Shown: positions 8,701-12,573 of the stretch, piece by piece
Layout of the letters: each line of letters begins with the position of its first letter
Numbering within the stretch: position 1 is the first letter of the stretch
Assembly: GCA_964447495.1 (NCBI GenBank)
Contig: CAYUTF010000090.1
Coordinates: 1 to 12,573 of the forward strand
Length of the DNA: 12,573 nt
Origin: an uncultured archaeon
GTDB lineage: Archaea > Asgardarchaeota > Lokiarchaeia > Sigyniarchaeales > SOKP01
Reading direction: 5' to 3'
The notes under the pieces: generated by a model
What the model saw: only the letters and a program-made list of their open reading frames with translations
The model's database searches: none
Told to the model about the DNA's origin: nothing
Position numbers and translations under genes: made by a program

Positions 8701-10276
8701 GAGAATCTGCATCTTCATTAATCATTTTCATTGAATACTCAACGTCGCAATGTCCTAAATGATTAACAATATGAACACCATCATTTAAGATGGGGATTAA
8801 GACTGATTTATTCCATCTTTCAGGATTTAAATCTCTATCATAGAGAGTATCAACTATATAACTATTGGGAAAACCTGCTGTTGTATACCCATAAGTATTC
8901 GCCCCATCTTTAATCTCATCCTTATAATCACTACCCCATACAGACCACCCTAAATCTTCTCCCACCATTAAAGCTTTAGAAAGATAATTATGGGTTTCTG
9001 CTTCATGTGCTAATGTTTTATACACAAAATTAGACAATTCACTTTCTGAATCTACGGGGGCTCGACCAATATATACTTCTGCAAATAAGTCATCTTCACC
9101 AGGTTCACCCCAATACATATCCTCATCATCATTCCAATCTCTATCTAACGCCGCATAGTACAAATCAGATGTGATATTATAATCTATTTCACCGTAGGCC
9201 ATGGCATAAAATCCTCTCGAAGGAATAATATCATCACCGCTTTCTCCTCCCTCAAAAACAGCATCACCATCTCCTCCCAATAATATATATTCTATTCCCC
9301 AAGTTTGGTAAGCGTCAATAATAAAATTTCTTATTTGCTCTTGTTCATCATCTCCGGGATAATTCGCATAAATGTATTCCGTGGTAATGATCCTTGTATC
9401 AATTCCTGAAGCGTTTTTGCTTAATGCTAAATCTTGGAATGTATACGTACTTCCAGAATTCTTTAAAGCATTATTAGTAATTATTACATAATCATATGAG
9501 CCAGGCGATAAATCTAACTTAGGATTCATTAATTTCATATTATTGGATTTATCTACGTAAGAATTGATTATTTCAGGATTATCTACGATTTCATTTACAA
9601 GTTGTTGATCTTTAGTAAACCCTCGTAAAAGAGAGTTGCTATTATTCGTGATGCATACATTTACTTCGATATCAACATCTTTATAATAAGATATTCTTCC
9701 TGTATTTGGGATATAATATACTGGATAAATATTAAGAATTAGAATCCTATACCCTCTTAATTCATATACGCCCTCTATTGTATAATCCTTATTTGGAAAA
9801 ATTACTGCAGATTCATAGAAATCGTTATCAAACTGAAAGGTTGGTATTTCTCTTGAACCTATGGGAAATTGTTCTTGAGAGGGCTCAATTTTATAATTGC
9901 CTGTTACAGGTATATTATTGTATTTTTTAACATTCACACTCTTAAGGTCATACTCATAAGGTAACAGTATTTTAATTGTTTTAAAAGGCATTTTTGGATG
10001 CCCTACATCTGCCATCGCTCCAGAATCATCAAAACTGACCCGATAGAATTGGTCACCATCATGGTTAAATGATTTTCTTATTTCTATATTGGGTATATTT
10101 ATAGCAAGCCTAATCGTATCTTCTCCTTGCCAGAAGCTATTTTTACTCTCCTCTTGATATTTTGTAATTTTGAGTTTACTCATTAATCCAGAACTTACTA
10201 TATTTGTTGATATTAGGAAAAGAGAAATAATTATAATTGTTTCAAAACTGAATTTGTATTTTTTAGATATTTTCAA
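5648..10276 (-). CDS. Secreted, membrane-anchored C25 family (gingipain-like) cysteine peptidase with propeptide, repeat stalk and Loki-CTERM-type anchor
   Basis: N-terminal signal/TM (IIIISLFLISTNIV); C25 propeptide-like region (GHPKMPFKTIKILLP, RGYRILILNIYPVYY); catalytic-domain motifs YVIIT, IRNFI, YILLGGD, SDLYY, IGRAPV, NHLGHC (His ~509) and YSQGCYNG (Cys ~539), NLLGDP; repeat stalk; C-terminal IPGYDLFIFLGIIGMLSLVILIKRRKT. Confidence 0.92.
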   Translation of the reverse strand: MKISKKYKFSFETIIIISLFLISTNIVSSGLMSKLKITKYQEESKNSFWQGEDTIRLAINIPNIEIRKSFNHDGDQFYRVSFDDSGAMADVGHPKMPFKTIKILLPYEYDLKSVNVKKYNNIPVTGNYKIEPSQEQFPIGSREIPTFQFDNDFYESAVIFPNKDYTIEGVYELRGYRILILNIYPVYYIPNTGRISYYKDVDIEVNVCITNNSNSLLRGFTKDQQLVNEIVDNPEIINSYVDKSNNMKLMNPKLDLSPGSYDYVIITNNALKNSGSTYTFQDLALSKNASGIDTRIITTEYIYANYPGDDEQEQIRNFIIDAYQTWGIEYILLGGDGDAVFEGGESGDDIIPSRGFYAMAYGEIDYNITSDLYYAALDRDWNDDEDMYWGEPGEDDLFAEVYIGRAPVDSESELSNFVYKTLAHEAETHNYLSKALMVGEDLGWSVWGSDYKDEIKDGANTYGYTTAGFPNSYIVDTLYDRDLNPERWNKSVLIPILNDGVHIVNHLGHCDVEYSMKMINEDADSLTNTHYFFAYSQGCYNGAFDNKGPWGMTHANDSIVEHFVTSEHGAFAFVGNSRFGWGDNYGTNGASQYYDRQFFDAMFSEGIDEIGRANQDSKEDNIGYISQEAMRWCYYQLNLLGDPCATLPPQPNDYEPQLTEGSVAPMTGDQTTLFTFEVVYTDADNNPPIYVNVMINETEFPMQKEIDLDEDYTNGCVYQAEIYLQPDEYHYTFICEDYKFLNYTETEVGLIVNEKLNENNSTLANGFVSPSTGLVNLTEFELSVNYTDLDNDAPEYIQATVDSTVYDMVQQDPFDTNFMDGVIFEYKIILEDIGVHSFYFNCSDGLNLAYDVIHSGPNVEKCQLFDGMYITYNFGQATQSILTNITYSYDANTKFQATWDVFPYSGYWKVDALSREMTEAGGTINFGNYYHTPFWIFTNVTLGDNVSIAVDGMGDHNFTISDELIYLLPGFGEIEIWVLEDIDEPSVAWYEKSTGILLNGTFFYYSGMYNYTFEFIDTNVPFSYVGNYFEPMLTDGKVNPNIGDQMTMLNFSVIYTDYDNNYPISINVVVNNTVYPMNKVDDLDSNYTDGCEYEFITYLQPGDYEYYFECADWLYTNSTEVYNDLTISALINYNAPSLTDADLNPGIGYANATLFTYSINYSDVENNAPEFMYVIINDVSYEMYKQDILDNYYIDGCVYIYETQFEQVGTYNYLFNCSDGLFFDSDGPYVGPEVSECQLFDGLYIDHIFSISGTYIDSHTEYSYQSGEIFNVAWTIGGSSLYEWEENVETRIMDNPTTMLPFGEGYHTPFWIKNDVSLESNVLIAVIGDGDHTFRVAGNTTYIITGFGIVEVWVLEDLAEPLTRAYYEKSTGILLNATFFYGGGSASYEFTFVESNAKFSYSHNTSPTLTLGTVTPKIGYETTVFLFSIIYTDLDNDAPTSISVLINSIPHTMVKLTPSDDDYTDGCVYIYTTTLAVSASNYTYEFRTDNAYSSVIATPLYQDLKVSSPSTTSEGIPGYDLFIFLGIIGMLSLVILIKRRKT
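5790..8323 (-). repeat. Intragenic protein-level tandem duplication (A-A'-B)x2 + A, unit ~375 aa
   Basis: Five copies of P.L..G.V.P..G...T.F...V.Y(T/S)D.(D/E)N..P...DG(C/V).(Y/F) and two copies of CQLFDG...YHTPFWI...GDH.F...WVLED...YEKSTGILLN.TFFY. The two CQLFDG motifs (about 7693 and 6568) are 1125 nt apart. Confidence 0.88.
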
Positions 10277-10290
10277 TGCAATTCGCCAAA

Positions 10291-10371
10291 TTTTAAATAT
10301 TTATTTTACAAAGGTTCTTAGGTTCTTTTAACCTTGAGATATACCGAACCTTTTAAATATTTAAAGGTATA
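10291..10371. promoter_or_regulatory. Repeat/palindrome-rich regulatory segment upstream of the C25 gene
   Basis: TTTTAAATATTTA direct repeat at 10291 and 10351, tandem AGGTTCTT x2 (10312-10327), inverted AAAGGTTC/GAACCTTT (10310-10317 and 10346-10353), perfect palindrome TTTAAATATTTAAA (10352-10365). Confidence 0.5.
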
Positions 10372-10543
10372 CTAAATATATAACATTTCGCCTCCAATAT
10401 ACTCAAACGGGTACAAAATTCTAAACCATAGAAATAATTATTCTATACAGCAACAAATTGGTAGATTGATTAATCATTAAACATTATAATGAGTCTCACA
10501 TTACTTTTTTTATAGATCACATTTGAAGGAGTTACTATTATAT

Positions 10544-11014
10544 ATGAAAAAAAAAGATAAATTGGCTGCTTATGATACAAGAAAATATCCTATTCGTCCT
10601 CATGTAGGCGTAGGTATACTTTTAATTCGCGATAATAAGTTGTTATTAGTCAAAAGGAAATTTGATCCCGATGCAGGTTTTTGGTCAATACCTGGGGGGC
10701 ATCTCGAATTAGGAGAGAGAACAATTCATGCCGCCGAGAGAGAGGGCTATGAAGAAACAGGATTTAGAGTGAAAGTAGTTAAATTAGCTGGTATTATCGA
10801 TAAAATTATGTATAACAAAAATGATAAGATAAAATATCATTACGTACTTATTAATTATTTTGTTGAACAAATTGATGGTGATCAAGATCAAGCTCCCATC
10901 CCCGATAGTGATGCTTTAGAAGCCAAATTTGTTCCCTTTGAAAAGTTAAAGACATATAAGTTATCAGATTCTTTAATTGAATTATTAATCCAATTGAAAA
11001 TCGGTTATGAGTAA
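10544..11014 (+). CDS. Nudix hydrolase (ADP-ribose pyrophosphatase/MutT-like)
   Basis: Nudix box GGHLELGERTIHAAEREGYEETG; N-terminal YPIRPHVGVG; YHYVLINY and SDALEAKF typical of archaeal ADPRase-like Nudix proteins. ATG 10544 preferred over TTG 10523 (AAGGAG lies upstream of it). Confidence 0.92.
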   Translation: MKKKDKLAAYDTRKYPIRPHVGVGILLIRDNKLLLVKRKFDPDAGFWSIPGGHLELGERTIHAAEREGYEETGFRVKVVKLAGIIDKIMYNKNDKIKYHYVLINYFVEQIDGDQDQAPIPDSDALEAKFVPFEKLKTYKLSDSLIELLIQLKIGYE

Positions 11015-11136
11015 TCATTTGTAAAAGATATTTTATATAATTTTTACAGAAATGTAAAGTTTATAACACACATTATCCAACTTATATCTACCACGAAATC
11101 TAATTAAAATTACTAGAAAAATAAAGGGTAGATAAT

Positions 11137-11457
11137 ATGCCGTATTTAGTAACAATGATGTGGTATCCAACCCACATGAATAATGAGATAGTAAAAAAAT
11201 ACATAAAAATCAGAAAGAGTTATCCCGCAAAGGATGAGCTCTTTATATCGCTTTGTTCTCCACTTATGGTAACTAAAGAGGGTATAAAAGTCATGACGGT
11301 TAGGGAGACGAAGAAAGGAAAATTTGAAGAAGCTTTGACGTATACTACTAAATTTTTAAATGAATTTTTGGATATTGAAGGATATAGTTATCAAATCGAT
11401 GTGTGGCACACATTTGATGAAGCGCTTGCTGTAGGCGGAATTGAACTGCCTGATTAA
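11137..11457 (+). CDS. Hypothetical protein (small alpha/beta)
   Basis: 106 aa ORF with ATG start, AAGGGT upstream and a T-rich tract after the stop; alternating beta/alpha pattern; no catalytic motif recognised. Confidence 0.8.
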   Translation: MPYLVTMMWYPTHMNNEIVKKYIKIRKSYPAKDELFISLCSPLMVTKEGIKVMTVRETKKGKFEEALTYTTKFLNEFLDIEGYSYQIDVWHTFDEALAVGGIELPD

Positions 11458-11467
11458 ATTAAACTAA

Positions 11468-11490
11468 TTATTATTTTTTTTCTTTTACTT
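11468..11490 (+). terminator. Oligo-T tract, possible terminator
   Basis: TTATTATTTTTTTTCTTTT shortly after the stop at 11457. Confidence 0.4.
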
Positions 11491-11575
11491 GATTATTTTT
11501 AATAAACAAAATAATTTAATTCTACGATAATTATTGTGTAATAGGGAAAAACAAACTTGTTGAAGGTTAAATTAA

Positions 11576-12573
11576 TTGTCCACATTAATGAAAATTGCCA
11601 AAGAAGGCAAAGTTTCTAAAGAAATGGAAATTGTTGCCAAAAAAGAACAATGTGATATGGAATTTCTAAGGCGAGGCATAGCAGATGGGCGTATTGTCAT
11701 TCCAAAATCAAATCAAAGAGATATAGATCCAATTGGAATTGGAGAAGGGTTATTAGTAAAAATAAATGCGAATGTAGGATCGAGTAAATATGTATTTGAT
11801 ATTCAAGGGGAAGTGGAAAAAGCTAAAATTGCTGTAAAATTTGGTGCAGATACAGTTATGGATTTAAGTACGGGTGTAACTGAAGGAGATGTTAAAACAA
11901 TCCGGAAGAGAATTCTCCAAGAAATAAAGGTACCGGTCGGCACAGTTCCTATATACCAGAGTGCCTTAAGAGCTCTCGAAAAGAAAGGAGCAATTATCAA
12001 CTTTGATGAGGACGATCTCTTTAATGTGGTGGAAGAACAAGCAAAAGAAGGAGTAGATTTTTTTACCATTCATGTTGGAGTTACAAAAGAGATCGTTAAT
12101 TATTTAAAAGATCATCCAAGGACTATGGGAGTAGTATCTCGTGGAGGAACTTTTTTAGCAGCTTGGATACTTGAAAATGATTTAGAAAATCCCTTTAATC
12201 GAAATTATGATTATTTATTAGATCTTGCGAAAGAATATGATTTTACGCTATCTCTTGGAGATGGGATGCGTCCAGGCTCAATTTTTGACTCCACGGATTA
12301 TGTTCAAATACAAGAATTAATAGAAATCTCAAAGCTAGTGAAAAGGGCTTGGGATAAGAATATTCAAGTGATGGTAGAAGGTCCAGGACATATTCCTGCC
12401 CATGAAATTGAAAGAAACATCAAAATTATGAAATCATTATGTAATCATGCTCCTTTTTATGTATTAGGACCATTAGTCACTGATATTGCTCCCGGCTATG
12501 ATCATATTGTAAGTGCAATAGGCGGAGTAATAGCTGGATTGGCGGGAGCGGACTACCTTTGTTACGTTACCCC
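11576..12573 (+). CDS. thiC: Phosphomethylpyrimidine synthase ThiC family (radical SAM), partial (runs off the right edge)
   Basis: Hand translation: (M)STLMKIAKEGKVSKEM...KINANVGSS...GADTVMDLSTG...PVGTVPIYQ...GVDFFTIHVG...GVVSRGG...LSLGDGMRPG...QVMVEGPGH...APFYVLGPLVTDIAPGYDHIVSAIGG...GADYLCYVT. TTG 11576 fits the usual short-form N-terminus; in-frame ATG at 11588 is the alternative. Missing from the ORF track. Confidence 0.93.
   Translation, partial: MSTLMKIAKEGKVSKEMEIVAKKEQCDMEFLRRGIADGRIVIPKSNQRDIDPIGIGEGLLVKINANVGSSKYVFDIQGEVEKAKIAVKFGADTVMDLSTGVTEGDVKTIRKRILQEIKVPVGTVPIYQSALRALEKKGAIINFDEDDLFNVVEEQAKEGVDFFTIHVGVTKEIVNYLKDHPRTMGVVSRGGTFLAAWILENDLENPFNRNYDYLLDLAKEYDFTLSLGDGMRPGSIFDSTDYVQIQELIEISKLVKRAWDKNIQVMVEGPGHIPAHEIERNIKIMKSLCNHAPFYVLGPLVTDIAPGYDHIVSAIGGVIAGLAGADYLCYVT

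Noticed and set aside
3779-10276. Single operon C25 protease - phosphatase - hypothetical
   Set aside because: Oligo-T terminator-like tracts in both ~95-100 nt spacers, and differing predicted localisation (surface versus cytoplasm), give no support.
11458-11575. TPP riboswitch upstream of thiC (GATAAT...TAGGGAA resembles the aptamer 3' end)
   Set aside because: No CTGAGA or CTGA..GATC core and no GC stems; the region is too AT-rich to form the aptamer.
11803-12069. 88-aa minus-strand ORF
   Set aside because: Antisense to the highly conserved thiC frame.
1-12573. CRISPR array, tRNA/rRNA, IS element, integrase or reverse transcriptase
   Set aside because: All spacers are short (<250 nt) and AT-rich, with no regularly spaced DNA repeats, cloverleaf or mobile-element protein motifs.

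Overview
AT-rich (roughly 30% GC by eye) archaeal window, most likely Lokiarchaeia/Promethearchaeota (Asgard), judged mainly from a C-terminal IPGY-TM-basic (Loki-CTERM-type) sorting signal, with archaeal-type promoter and oligo-T signals in support. Nine protein-coding genes: a 3'-truncated protein built of ~58-aa TPR/MIT-like helical repeats (missing from the ORF track), a YtcJ-like amidohydrolase, a small 2-TM protein, a 389-aa hypothetical with a UBA-like segment, a CX5R dual-specificity phosphatase, a 1542-aa membrane-anchored gingipain-family (C25) protease with a duplicated repeat stalk, a Nudix hydrolase, a 106-aa hypothetical and a 3'-truncated thiC-family gene (also missing from the track). 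No RNA genes, CRISPR arrays or mobile elements were seen. The best leads are the UBA-like protein next to the phosphatase, the tandem MIT/TPR-like repeat protein and the modular surface protease. All calls were made by eye without database searches.
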